64,000 nt of DNA from Eledone cirrhosa (Eukaryota): assembly GCA_964016885.1 (NCBI GenBank), contig OZ024743.1, positions 368,900,001-368,964,000 of the forward strand, in the 5' to 3' direction. Each line of letters begins with the position of its first letter. The first letter of the stretch is position 1. This document shows, piece after piece, positions 12,601-24,889 of this stretch. The position numbers were made by a program, and so were the translations under genes. Under the pieces are notes generated by a model. That model was not told the DNA's origin, did not search any database, and was given only the letters and a program-made list of their open reading frames with translations.

Positions 12601-14022
12601 GGACGTTGCCCTCCTACTCACCATGGAAGGGTTTTCTGCCTCTGTTGCTTGCCCTGCTATTGGTAGTAGTGGATCAGGCGTCGGAAAGAGGGGGGGGGGA
12701 CTCTTCTTAGCTATCTTCTCACAGAGATAGCATTTTGGGCGCCTTCCTTCCACGTTCATAGGGAATTGGAGTCCTTCCTCGAGGTCTATGATATCTGGGA
12801 TGGCCTCGATACACCCCTGGTCAGTTTGTATTAGCATTTGCATGCCTATACCTGACCAGTTTTCTCTTCCCATTCTCTGTATTTGCAGTATGGTGGTCCT
12901 GTCCTCGATTCCAGAAAGGACAGACGCGGCCAGTCAAAGTTATGGGCACGTCGGGCGGGACCTGAGTCACTTTGACCCTCACAATTTTCTGCCCACTGTA
13001 AGAGGGCACCAAGACTATCTCCTCATTTTTTAGGGTTTCCAAAAAATGAGACTTCGCCTCTTGGGGGGTGGCGAAAAGTGCGTCTACTGTGGCATACTTT
13101 TTGCCTCGGGTGATGTGGGTTTTGCGCGCCCAGATGCACCCCAAGGCCTTTTGGATTTGAGCATCCGTGGCTCTCTCCACCCGATGTGACATTTTGCTTA
13201 CGGTGTTGTAAGTCACCGTGCGCAGTTGCTGGTTCTTGAAAAAATTGGGTGGAGGTTTCAGGGAAACTCTATTGTTATTTCTTGTCACCATGGCCCTTGG
13301 GACTACCATCTCCTCCTTCGTGACTAACACTGTTTCTATATTTCGGGCCACACCTGCGAAAGAAGTGGCCCCTTTTTCAGCGGCACCATTATTGCTGCTG
13401 CTACTGATGCTACTGGTCTTGTTGTTGGTGCTGTTGCTGTTGCTACTGCTACAGACGGTGTTGTTGGTGTTGTTGCTGTTGTAGTTGGTTGTGTTTATGG
13501 TGCCACCGTTGTTGCTGTTTTCGGTGCGATTTTATTTTTGCTGTTGGTGTTGTCGTTGTTTATTTTCTTGTTAGTGGTGTTAATATCGTTGTTGTATTTG
13601 TTGTCATTTTTTTCTGTTGTCTGTATTTTGGTTGTCACTGTTATTGTTGTAGTTGGTGTGGTAATTTTTTAAAAATTAGTGTTCTCAGTGTTGTTGTAAT
13701 TGCTGCCTTTGTTCACGTTGTTTGTGGTGGTGTTTGTTGTATCAATTTCTGTAACCCTCATCTCAACTTTTACGCCATTGTCACACGACAGCAGATATAT
13801 TGCTGGGGGTGTGGCTCAGCCATGTTTCTTTTTTTTTTATTTTTAAAAGTAAAATGTTCAAATATTTGGGCCAAAAGGCCCAAATATTATACTTTCCCCT
13901 TCACAGGGCAAAGTTCAAGGGCTTATATCCCTTACACAACAAGAAAAATTTAACAACAAATAATTATAACAGGTAAATAAAGCGACTTACAGGGAGCAAG
14001 CAAAAAGACGGCTGAACAGACC
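9641..14022 (-). mobile_element. L1/Tx1-type LINE with both ends present but most of the endonuclease and linker deleted
   Basis: 5' end abuts (ATT)n at 14023. ORF1 pieces at 12821-13351 and 12142-12873. ORF2 start MAILRIGSINVRGL at 11827. RT motifs in 10899-11777 and AYADEF in 10858-11076. 3' end GCCCTTGTGGCCAATAAAGAAACT(ATT)n. Confidence 0.9.
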
Positions 14023-14208
14023 AATAATAATAATAATTCTACTTTTATAATAATAATTCTACTTTTGGTACAAGGCCAGCAATTACCCAGTGCAATACTG
14101 GAACTTTATTTTATCGACTCCGTAAGGGTGAAAGGCAAAGTTAACCTTGGCGGGATTTGAACTCAGATTGACAAGGGCCGTAACACCATGCATCAAAGCA
14201 TGGCGTTA
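14023..14208 (-). mobile_element. Young tRNA-derived SINE (family A here), 5'-truncated, with a duplicated tail
   Basis: B box GAGTTCAAATCC, central TTTGCCTTTCA.CCTTACGGAGTCGATAAAATAAAG, tail AAAAGTAGA(ATT)n present twice. Confidence 0.9.
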
Positions 14209-14665
14209 TAATAATAATAATAATAATAATAATGATGATGATAATAATAATACTTTCTTTATTAACCACAAGGGTTTACATAAAGTAGACATTAAGGACA
14301 GTACAGGACAATACAGGACGGTACAAATGGGCATTTCTGTGTGTAAAAAACAAAAACAGAGGATGTAATAAAAAATAACAAAGAAAAATTCCCCAATAGG
14401 GGGGAGACTTCGGAGGGACATTTGTGGAGAAAGCCCATTAAAACGTGTCCACCATACTATCACTTTCGCCATGGCCACCAGACAGATAAAAACTGCTTGC
14501 CCTTCCCGGCTAAAGGAAGAGGGCGGGGCAATCCTCACGATGGACTCAGCTGATAGCCGGATCCGTCCTACACGCGACAGCAGGTGTTCGACATAAACCC
14601 ACAAGTCAGCAATGCTCGGACACTAGACGAGTGCGTGCAGGACGGTTTCGCACGCACTCGTCCAC
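14209..14665 (-). mobile_element. Tx1 3' fragment with an internal deletion
   Basis: ORF 14206-14604 WVYVEHLLSRVGRIRLSAES..; 3' UTR nearly identical to 3078-3270. Confidence 0.9.
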
Positions 14666-14679
14666 ATGATGACAATGAT

Positions 14680-14938
14680 GATAATAATAATGTTTTCATT
14701 GTTAACAACAAGGGTTGACATAAAGTATAACGGTACAAATTGGCATTTCTGCATGTAAACAAAAAAACAAAGAAAATTACAAAAAAAGAAACAAAGGAAA
14801 ATTCCCCAATAGGGGAAGAGACTTCTGTGGGACACTCGTGGAGAAAGCCCATTAAAAATGCCCTCTCCCAGTTTTCCACCTCCAAATTACAGGCTCATAC
14901 TCAGAGCAGGCCCATTTACTCGGGCCATGCGTGCCTCT
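14680..14938 (-). mobile_element. Tx1 3'-end fragment
   Basis: ARMARVNGPALSMSL-stop, then 3' UTR with CCTATTGGGGAATTTT and an ATT tail. Confidence 0.85.
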
Positions 14939-15140
14939 ATCATAATAATAATGTTATAATAGCCATTGATATTGTATTCATCAACATCAATATCTTTCAC
15001 GTCATCATCATCATCATCATCATCATAGATAAATTCCCATTTAAATAAGCCTGCATAGATTAGATATCTCCCCTCCAGTAGAGCATATCTCGATTTGTCT
15101 CTTTTTTGTAATTTCAGTTGAAAATAAAATATCAACAACA

Positions 15141-17800
15141 TCAATGTCCACTACACCAGTCAATGTCCACTACACCAGTCAATCTCCACTACACCAGTCA
15201 ATGTCCACTACACCAGTCAATCTCCACTACACCAGTCAATCTCCACTACACCAGTCAATGTCCACTACACCAGTCAATGTCCACTACACCAGTCAATCTC
15301 CACTACACCAGTCAATGTCCACTACACCAGTCAATGTCCACTACACCAGTCAATGTCCACTACACCAGTCAATCTCCACTACACCAGTCAATGTCCACTA
15401 CACCAGTCAATGTCCACTACACCAGTCAATCTCCACTACACCAGTCAAACTCCACTACACCAGTCAATGTCCACTACACCAGTCAATCTCCACTACACCA
15501 GTCAATGTCCACTACACCAGTCAATGTCCACTACACCAGTCAATCTCCACTACACCAGTCAATGTCCACTACACCAGTCAATGTCCACTACACCAGTCAA
15601 TCTCCACTACACCAGTCAATCTCCACTACACCAGTCAATGTCCACTATACCAGTCAATATCCACTACACCAGTCAATGTCCACTACACCAGTCAATGTCC
15701 ACTACACCAGTCAATCTCCACTACACCAGTCAATCTCCACTACACCAGTCAATGTCCACTATACCAGTCAATATCCACTACACCAGTCAATCTCCACTAC
15801 ACCAGTCAATCTCCACTACACCAGTCAATGTCCACTACACCAGTCAATATCCACTACACCAGTCAATGTCCACTACACCAGTCAATGTCCACTACACCAG
15901 TCAATGTCCACTACACCAGTCAATCTCCACTACACCAGTCAATCTCCACTACACCAGTCAATGTCCACTACACCAGTCAATGTCCACTACACCAGTCAAT
16001 CTCGACTACACCAGTCAATGTCCACTACACCAGTCAATGTCCACTACACCAGTCAATGTCCACTACACCAGTCAATCTCCACTACACCAGTCAATGTCCA
16101 CTATACCAGTCAATATCCACTACACCAGTCAATGTCCACTACACCAGTCAATGTCCACTACACCAGTCAATCTCCACTACACCAGTCAATCTCCACTACA
16201 CCAGTCAATCTCCACTACACCAGTCAATCTCCACTACACCAGTCAATGTCCACTATACCAGTCAATCTCCACTACACCAGTCAATGTCCACTATACCAGT
16301 CAATGTCCACTACACCAGTGAATCTCCACTACACCAGTCAATCTCCACTACACCAGTCAATCTCCACTACACCAGTCAATGTCCACTACACCAGTCAATC
16401 TCCACTACACCAGTCAATGTCCACTACACCAGTCAATCTCCACTACACCAGTCAATGTCCACTACACCAGTCAATGTCCACTACACCAGTCAATCTCCAC
16501 TACACCATACAATGTCCACTACACCATTCAATGTCCACTACACCAGTCAATCTCCACTACACCAGTCAATCTCCACTACACCAGTCAATCTCCACTACAC
16601 CAGTCAATCTCCACTACACCAGTCAATGTCCACTATACCAGTCAATGTCCACTACACCAGTGAATCTCCACTACACCAGTCAACCTCCACTACACCAGTC
16701 AATCTCCACTACACCAGTCAATGTCCACTATACCAGTCAATGTCCACTACACCAGTCAATGTCCACTACACCAGTCAATCTCCACTACACCAGTCAATGT
16801 CCACTACACCAGTCAATCTCCACTACACCAGTCAATGTCCACTACACCAGTCAATCTCCACTACACCATTCAATGTCCACTACACCATTCAATGTCCACT
16901 ACACCAGTCAATCTCCACTACACCAGTCAATGTCCACTACACCAGTCAATCTCCACTACACCAGTCAATGTCCACTACACCAGTCAAAGTTCACTACACC
17001 AGTCAATGTCCACTACACCAGTCAATGTCCACTACACCAGTCAATATCCACTACACCAGTCAATGTCCACTACACCAGTCAATCTCCACTACACCAGTCA
17101 ATGTCCACTACACCAGTCAATGTCCACTACACCAGTCAACGTCCACTACACCAGTCAATGTCCACTACACCAGTCAATATCCACTACACCAGTCAATGTC
17201 CACTATACCAGTCAATATCCACTACACCAGTCAATGTCCACTACACCAGTCAATCTCCACTACACCAGTCAATGTCCACTACACCAGTCAATCTCCACTA
17301 CACCAGTCAATGTCCACTACACCAGTCAAAGTTCACTACACCAGTCAATGTCCACTACACCAGTCAATGTCCACTACACCAGTCAACCTCCACTACACCA
17401 GTCAATATCCACTACACCAGTCAATGTCTACTACACCAGTCAATGTCCACTACACCAGTCAATCTCCACTACACCAGTCAATCTCCACTACACCAGTCAA
17501 TGTCCACTACACCAGTCAATGTCTACTACACCAGTCAATGTCCACTACACCAGTCAATGTCCACTACACCAGTCAATGTCCACTACACCAGTCAATGTCC
17601 ACTACACCAGTCAATGTCCACTACACCAGTCAATGTCCACTACACCAGTCAATCTCGACTACACCAGTCAATGTCCACTACACCAGTCAATGTCCACTAC
17701 ACCAGTCAATGTCCACTACACCAGTCAATGTCCACTACACCACTCAATCTCCACTACACCAGTCAATCTCCACTACACCAGTCAAAGTTCACTACACCAG
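15141..17800. repeat. 19-bp minisatellite, about 140 units, consensus TCAAT(G/C)TCCACTACACCAG
   Basis: Direct reading; three units give the 19-aa period MSTTPVNVHYTSQCPLHQS seen in the ORF track. Confidence 0.98.
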
Positions 17801-18700
17801 TTGGGCCTGGGTGCTTTTTGTTTCAACATCAACATGATCACTTTACAGTGTGTGCTGGGTGCTTTTGGGGGGCATGAAAACGACCACTTTACTGTGTAGG
17901 CTGGGGGCTTGTGTGGGGAGGTGCATAGGTATTGGTGAAGTAGATCTATGATGTGGGTGAGGTGTGCGGTGTTACGACGTGAGGGGGTGTATGGAAGCGG
18001 GATGGGTGGGAAGGTGATGCATACTAGATGTGTGCTTGAAACTGTACACATGGGAAGGCGGGTTTTATGTATTACTGCATAATGCCCAAGATCTTCGTCT
18101 TTGAGAAGTGCAATTGTTCAAGGTCAGTTTTTATCAGCTCATCCCATGTCTTCCTGGTTCACCCAACTCTTTATACAGCTGTCAACCTTCGTACATATCA
18201 CATGTCCTTACCAACACATTCTCCTCTCGTGCACATTGCATCTTATCCCTCTAATCCCACAGGTCTCATTGCCATGCAACAATGCTGTTCATATGCATAC
18301 TAGGACTTTGGTCTTTGACAAGTTAATCGGGTTTGGAATATCTTCTCCAATTCTGCCATAGATTCAGCTATAAGTCATCTGCATACAGAAGTTCCCATAG
18401 GTAACCAGTCTTAAACTCTTCAGTTATAGCCTGCAAGATGATAATAAACAGGAGAGAGCTAAGAACTGTGTCCTGATGGACACCTACCTGCACACTAAAT
18501 TTTTCACTGTAGTCATTGTCGATTCTAACCTTGCTGACTGTTCCTCTAGACATGGCTTGTACTGCCCTCACAAGTCACTCATCAAAAACGTTCTCCTGGT
18601 CGACAAATGCCAAGTAGAGGGGTTTACTTTTAGTTGGGTATTTCTCTTGTAGTTGCCTCACAAGGAAGAAGGCATCTGTGGTACTTTTACCAGGTGGTGT
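17801..18700 (-). mobile_element. Degenerate RTE LINE (RT to 3' UTR) with internal deletions
   Basis: GKSTTDAFFLVRQLQEKY, VGVHQ and WELLYADDL in ORFs 18575-18760 and 18368-18571; 3' UTR motif CACTTTACAGTG..CTGGGTGCTTTT. Confidence 0.85.
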
Positions 18701-18759
18701 GTTGTGTTCCTGAGCAAGATGCACTTGGTGGAAATGATGGAAGTCCAACAGCAACAACA

Positions 18760-18875
18760 TATCTATCTATATATCTATCCATCAATCTATATCTATCTAT
18801 CTCTCTTTTTCTATCTATCCATCCATCCATCCATCCATCCATCTATCTATCTATTTATCTATCTATCTATCTCTG
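18760..18875. repeat. (TATC)n/(TCCA)n compound microsatellite
   Basis: Direct reading. Confidence 0.9.
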
Positions 18876-19248
18876 TCATTCTGTACCATCCACTGTTTCT
18901 TTCTTCTTTCTCTCTCACTATCTTCTAATCTGGATTTTTCATTTACAATATTTGATGTCATATAGCCCCTATTACAGTAGGGAATATTAATAAAAAAAAT
19001 TAACCAATCTCATAGATCAACCTTGTATATAAGACCTGGGTGATATTTTTAAAATAATTTTTATGGAAAAAAGGAGGTCTTTATACGTCGTCACATATAC
19101 TCTGTCTTCTCCAGACCTTTACTTATTGCCAGATTTCCAAGTTTCAGTTGTCTGGTGAAAACTGAAGATTTCTTTCTTACATGTTGAAAGATGTTTTTCT
19201 AGAAAAGGAGACACATCATGATTTCATATTGTCCTGTTGTGTGAAGAC

Positions 19249-19367
19249 TGATGCCAGATTTATAAAGTGTGAGGCCCCTAGTTATATAAAACTTGGAGGC
19301 CCATGTTAAAAAATAACATCAGAAGCCCTCAAAAGTTTTGAGGCTGTAAGTTGTTTTCCAGCACTAA
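19249..19367. mobile_element. Possible small hAT-type MITE relic
   Basis: GTGAAGAC direct repeat at 19241-19248 and 19368-19375; ends TGCCAGATTTA...TCCAGCACT resemble the MITE at 53909. Confidence 0.4.
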
Positions 19368-20149
19368 GTGAAGACCCTTTCTTGACATTATAAGTTGTCA
19401 AATTGGTTTGACATTTCAACAACATTCTACCATCAGTTCACTCTCTTTCTCTCTCTATATATATATATATCCCTCTCTCTTCCTCTCCCTCCCTCATCCC
19501 TCCCTTTCTCCTTCTCTCTCTCCCTCCCTCTCTCCTCCCTCTCTTCCTCCCTCTCTCCCTCTCCTATGAATCTCTTTATACCAAAAAGCATTAATGTCCT
19601 CAGTTTTGCCAAGCTGGAAATAGTTACCAGTAACATTTAGATGTCTTACCTGTGATAGAATAGAATTCTATCACCACTATCACTGTTTTTCCATGGGTTA
19701 AATAGATCTGAGATACATCTCTCTCAGACTTGATTCTGTATCATTTCATCTCCAAGCTATACTGCTCCTAAACCTGTTTAAACCATTCTCCTAAAGGTTT
19801 CCCAGTCTCTCTTTACCCAGCATGCCTCATACATATGCAACATTAAATCTTGGTAGCTTTCCTAACTCATTTATATTAATCTCTTTTTCATAAAATCTGA
19901 TGTATCATAAACAACTTGTTCTTTATATGAAACCAGTTCCCAGAAATCACAGACCATATCTTCCTGGTATGCAATATTATACACATATGTTACACACACA
20001 TTGTGTACATTTCACTCACTAATGAAACTGTAAACAAATAACAAGAGTGTAGAATGAGGAAGGACTGATACAAGATTTAAAATAACTGACCAGACAACTG
20101 GCTATGTTATAATGAGATTGACATAATTTTATGTCAATTTTGTGAAGAC

Positions 20150-20450
20150 ACAAGGCTTCATGGTTAAGGTATTTGGCTTGCAGTTGTAAGGTTGTGAATT
20201 CAATTCCCAGTGATGTAATATGCCCATGAGCAAGACACTTTATTTCACATTTCTCCAGTTCACTCAGCAGGAAAAAAATGAGTTGTACCAGTAATTCAAA
20301 GGGCCAGCCTTTTCACACACTGTGTCATGAAAATTCTGTTAAGGGAACACATACCTATGGAATAGTAACACACTTGTGAATTTATTTCCTGAACAGACTA
20401 TTCCATTGATCAAACAGCTGGAACACTCATCAGTTGAATCAACTGAGGTT
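20150..20450 (+). mobile_element. tRNA-derived CORE-like SINE (old)
   Basis: Degenerate A/B boxes then GAGCAAGACACTTTATTTCACATT..CCAGTTCACTCAGC; the 3' half recurs at about 2300-2420. Confidence 0.7.
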
Positions 20451-20511
20451 CAACACACACACATACACACAGACATTCACGCACACATACATGCACATAT
20501 ACACTCACATA

Positions 20512-20544
<33 letters not shown>

Positions 20545-20904
20545 CACACACATTAATGAAGAGGCTCGTATTAGCAATGTATTAAACAGAAGTCCATTAT
20601 ATTTTTCATGTAGTACAGAAAACCCCTCAGCATAAATAGTTAAGTTGATAAAGTATCGGAAAACCAGTGAAGAAGTTGGTAGTTAATACCGTCTGACTGA
20701 TACAATGCTATTGTCCATGTCCATGACAGTTAAATACTGTGAATATTGTCCTTGTCAAAGACAGCTCATTCTCAGCAACTGAGTCTATGTAAATATAGGT
20801 TGTTGTGTGGCCTTATCTTAGTTCTGATAGAGCACATATGAAATCAGTTAAATAATTAGGTATACCACTGATCCATCTTACCAATTATGCTATGTTCCTG
20901 CTTA

Positions 20905-21300
20905 GATGAAGATCAACAACAACAGCAAATGTTTTAAGGACATCTTACCTGCTAAAACATAAGTTAGCCTTGCAGATTCCATGACAAACTTCTCCCTATT
21001 GTCTGTGTCCTTCCTTGCCAACCCCTGGCTTTCATTCCTAACCATCATTTTTAACCATCTCTTTATTGGTCTTCCATTTCCTCTACTTCCTTGTTGCACA
21101 ATCTAATATACAACGATATGTATATAATATAGTATGACAGTCTTGACATATTACACTCTCTGCCATGTCCAGTGTATTTATGTACACCTGTAGTTTCTGG
21201 TTGTGGCCACAGTAAAGGTAAGCAAAGTGGACTCAAAGTGCATTCAAAGTGGTCAAATGGCAACAGTTGCTGATCCTTTACATCTATTGCCCATGGCATA
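20905..21300 (-). mobile_element. Old RTE-like LINE 3' end
   Basis: KYTGH and QGSRGNGRPIKRWL resemble the RTE C-terminal GH...GxRxRGRPxxxW motif. Confidence 0.55.
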
Positions 21301-21339
21301 TAGTGCTTGGAAATAATGCTGTGGTTATTTCTGTATTCA

Positions 21340-24300
21340 TGTTTTATGTTTGCCTGGTGTGAGTGGAAGAGATAGTGGTTTTAGTATGCTGTTGTATAAG
21401 TTGTATTGGTTTTCTTGGGTATTGTACATGCATCTGTGTTTTTTGGCTTAGTTTTTCAGGTAGTGATAGACACTGTGGTGCTGAAGTTGTGGTATTTTTG
21501 TATTGTTGTGTAGGTGGTCTGTGGATGTTGTCTATGTATAAGCTGGAATAATGCATATTTCAGGTTTGTATTCTTTATAGCAATGTCCATGATTGATCTA
21601 GTACATCATTTGTTTGTTTCTTTCTGCTGGCCAAATGTGGTTACCTGAGTTCTCTAAGTTTCTTTACTATGTCTGCTCTGGTGAATTGGCAGAGTCGGTA
21701 GAGTATTGGATTTTTAAAAAATGTATTGATATTTGTTCTAGCTCACTGTGTTTTGCATTCAAATTTTATCAAGGTCAACTTTGCTTTTCACTCTTTCAAG
21801 ATTGATAAATAAAGTATCAATAATAGGGTTTATCCTTCCCACTTCTATTTCTCCCTTTTTTTCTTTGAAAGAAATCAGTTGTGTTACAACCTGGAGAGGC
21901 ATGGGTTTCACCAAGCTGTTATCAAAGACATGTTGTGCATCAGAATGATGCCCCTGTGATTACATCAGGAGTTAAAGGTCCTTTACCCTATTTTCTTTTT
22001 TGCTCTGTCTTCTTAGTGAGTTGTATACAATACATAGCAATTTTGTCTTCTGTATGTGTGTGATATGTTTATGTTGTTGTGTGTGATGGTTGGATGTATT
22101 TGATGCTCTCTGGCATTGCTGTCAGATTTTATAGTTGATACTATAAATGTGTTGTTGTAGATCCAGAGGTTTTGTTGTAGTAGTTATGTCACTGTGTTTA
22201 GAGAATGGTGGTGTGATGTTATCTGCATATGAGGCTATTTGAATATTTTGTGGAAGTGTGAAAAGATAGGTATAGGTTGAAAAGAATAAGTGAAAAGTGG
22301 GATTTCTATTATACTCCGTTTGAAAAATTGCAGGTTTTCTAAGTGTTGCTCTTGGTGGTTTGATAGATAGTTTGCTAGCCAGCAATTTGTGTTGTGTTTT
22401 TAAGGTGGCACTAAGTATTTTTTATATCAGGGGATAATTGAGTCAAAAGTTTGGCTGATGTTGAAGGTAGGAACTTTTTATTATTGAAGCCATCATATAT
22501 TTTCTGTGTTATATTTGTAATTAGTGTGATGGTTGAGTGTAGTGGCTTGAATCCATGTTGTCATTTGGTAAAATGTGCAGGTTAGGGATAGCTTTCTAGA
22601 AGTTTTTAGGGCATGTACGGAAAGGTGATGGGTCTGTGTGATATTATTTCATTAGAATTGTCATAATTATACCAATCTTCCAGATTCTGGGAATTTGAAA
22701 GTGCTGCTATGACTAATTGTAGATGTTAAGTGCTGTGATTCCTTGCAGCTGTAAGTGTTTTAGGTATAAGTTTATGATTTTATCTAGCCTTAAGACTTTT
22801 GAGTTTTTAAATTTTCTTATTGAAAAGACAGGATGATGATAATGAATTGAGGTACACATTTTTGTTTTATGTTTCTGTATCTTTTATGTAGTATTTTGGT
22901 CGCAAATTTTGTTAGAAGTATCTGATATAAATGCATTTGTTTCTTGTTGTATTGGTATATTATTAGTGGTTGTTATTTTAACATGATATATAGTCTAATA
23001 TTTGTTGGTAGTATTGATGCTGTTAATTACTTTATAGAGTGATTCACTGTTAGGTTTTTGATTTATGTTGGATACAAATATTTGATAGTTTTCTGTTTTT
23101 CTATGGTTTATTAATTTTTATTGCCATTTTTCGTGTTTAATGCTAAGTTTTATTTTAGTTTTAGTGAGATTAAACTGTGAGAAAATGCTCCAAGTTCAAT
23201 GATACAAACTGTTTATTTTAAAGTATTTATATTTATCTAAACATCTTATGAAAGAACCTTTGTTATGTTATGCTCCAAACACCAACTTAATAACAATAAA
23301 GTTAATTATATTAATAAATTTCTCTATATTCTTGATTAGTTTCCAAATTAATCAAAAATCATTACGAGTATCTTTCATTAGAAATCTTGTCACAATATGT
23401 TTAAGGTAGTCTCTAGTTTTTATGAAGTTAATTATTTCTGGTATTTAATTGAGATTGTATATTTTCATGTTGCCCTGTTGAGTGTGTGTTTTGGGTGGGT
23501 CTATAATTATTCTGTTAAATGTATGTACTGTAATTGTTGCTATTGTTTAATCTGATTCCAGAAGACCTGTGATTAAAGGCACTTCATTCATGAACATCCC
23601 ATCTTTTCCTTTGTGTAGGGAACCTAGGATCCATCATGTCATTTTCTAAAACAGTAGGGTATAATTTGAGGAAGATTTGTCTGCTATTTCTAGCAGGGTG
23701 AGTGGCCATATAGAGACTCTCTTGTTGACTTATATGTATTGCTGTGTCTATTTGGTGGCACTGGGGTTGTTAAACCCTGAAAACCTTGTTTCTGTTCCAT
23801 TGTGGTTTTTTGAAGTTCATAAAAGTTTTTTTCTTCATTGTGCTGTAAAGCTAATCAGTAAACAATCTAAGGAAAGTTGAGAGATTTCTTGCCATGTGGT
23901 TTTGAGAGGAGATTCACATGCCATACATAGTTGAAAGATTTTATGATGTTAATGGTAAATCTTTATTTAAAACAATGCAATAGAATAGAAGATGAAGTAA
24001 AAAAAGATGGTGGCAGGGGTCAGTCGTGTTATATAAAAATTGTATTACATTAATGTGTTTCATGCTGCTAGTTTTTTGTGTTTTTTTTCTTTTTTTGAAA
24101 GCCTACATTTCTAGTGTAGTGTTGTTTTCTGCTTACAAATGACATTTGTGATATCTGTATATTGAATGCAAGTTTATATATATGCTAGAAAACAGCCCTG
24201 TTATAAAAGAATCTGTGTAGTTTGATTTAAGCATAATTTGGAATGAAGTATGCTCAGTGTTGTGGTAAAAGTCTTTCCTGAATTATTGTATATGAATGTC

Positions 24301-24400
24301 ATTTGTGATGATAAATTCTTAATGCCACCAATGTTGTATTGCAGAATGTTTAGATATTTTATATCATTAAAAAAAAAAGTCTGCAAAGTCCATCCCATAT
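21340..24400 (-). mobile_element. Very degenerate I/Jockey-group LINE (APE and RT) carrying nested insertions
   Basis: LNILQYNIGGI (APE start, about 24330-24355), HRPIT (about 22630), QHGFKPLHST (about 22530-22560), IASYADNIT (about 22215-22240). Confidence 0.65.
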
Positions 24401-24529
24401 GATCTAGTGCTATAACAACTAAGCACCCATTCCTTCCTATCTGTAAGGTGGTTGTGTTGGTGACATAAAAAAAAATCACCCAGTCCACCCTGTTAGATGG
24501 TCATTTTGGTACCACAGTTAAAAGTCCCC

Positions 24530-24715
24530 TGTCCACACTGTAATGTGGTTAGTGTTAGGGAAGGGCACTCAACCATAGAAATTTAAGCCAAAATACAGAT
24601 TTGTATGAGCAAGACATGGTCACCTCACCTGAATTGTCTCATAGTATGACAACCTGTCTAACCCTTGCAAGCATGGAAAAATAGATATTATATGGTGGTG
24701 ATGGGGCTGATGATA
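24530..24715 (+). mobile_element. Short element carrying the RTE-type 3' end
   Basis: TGTTAGGGAAGGGCA..., CTAACCCTTGCAAGCATGGAAAA and a GAT-like tail, matching 44400-44539. Confidence 0.6.
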
Positions 24716-24889
24716 TACAAATTATATTTTTGTGTGTGAAACATATATTTTTTAAAGTATTCTGTAGAAATCTGTGACATTAGGAAAGGAGATAACAATA
24801 GTGTTTGCTGTTTTTATCATTAGTGTTGCTGTTATTGTTATACTATTTATTGTAGTTCTCCAGGACATAACAAAAAAGGTTAAGACTTG

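Noticed and set aside
15141-17800. CRISPR-like array (also considered for 41118-41613)
   Set aside because: Units are contiguous with no unique spacers, there are no cas-like ORFs, and the context is eukaryotic.
15118-17899. 919-aa and 897-aa ORFs as a repetitive protein gene
   Set aside because: The 19-bp unit lacks stops on the plus strand, so all frames are open and give the same cyclic peptide; there is no unique N- or C-terminal domain.
19652-19674. 10-bp inverted repeat GTGATAGAAT/ATTCTATCAC and a nearby minus-strand donor-like motif
   Set aside because: Short, AT-rich and next to a probable LINE-tail remnant; expected by chance.
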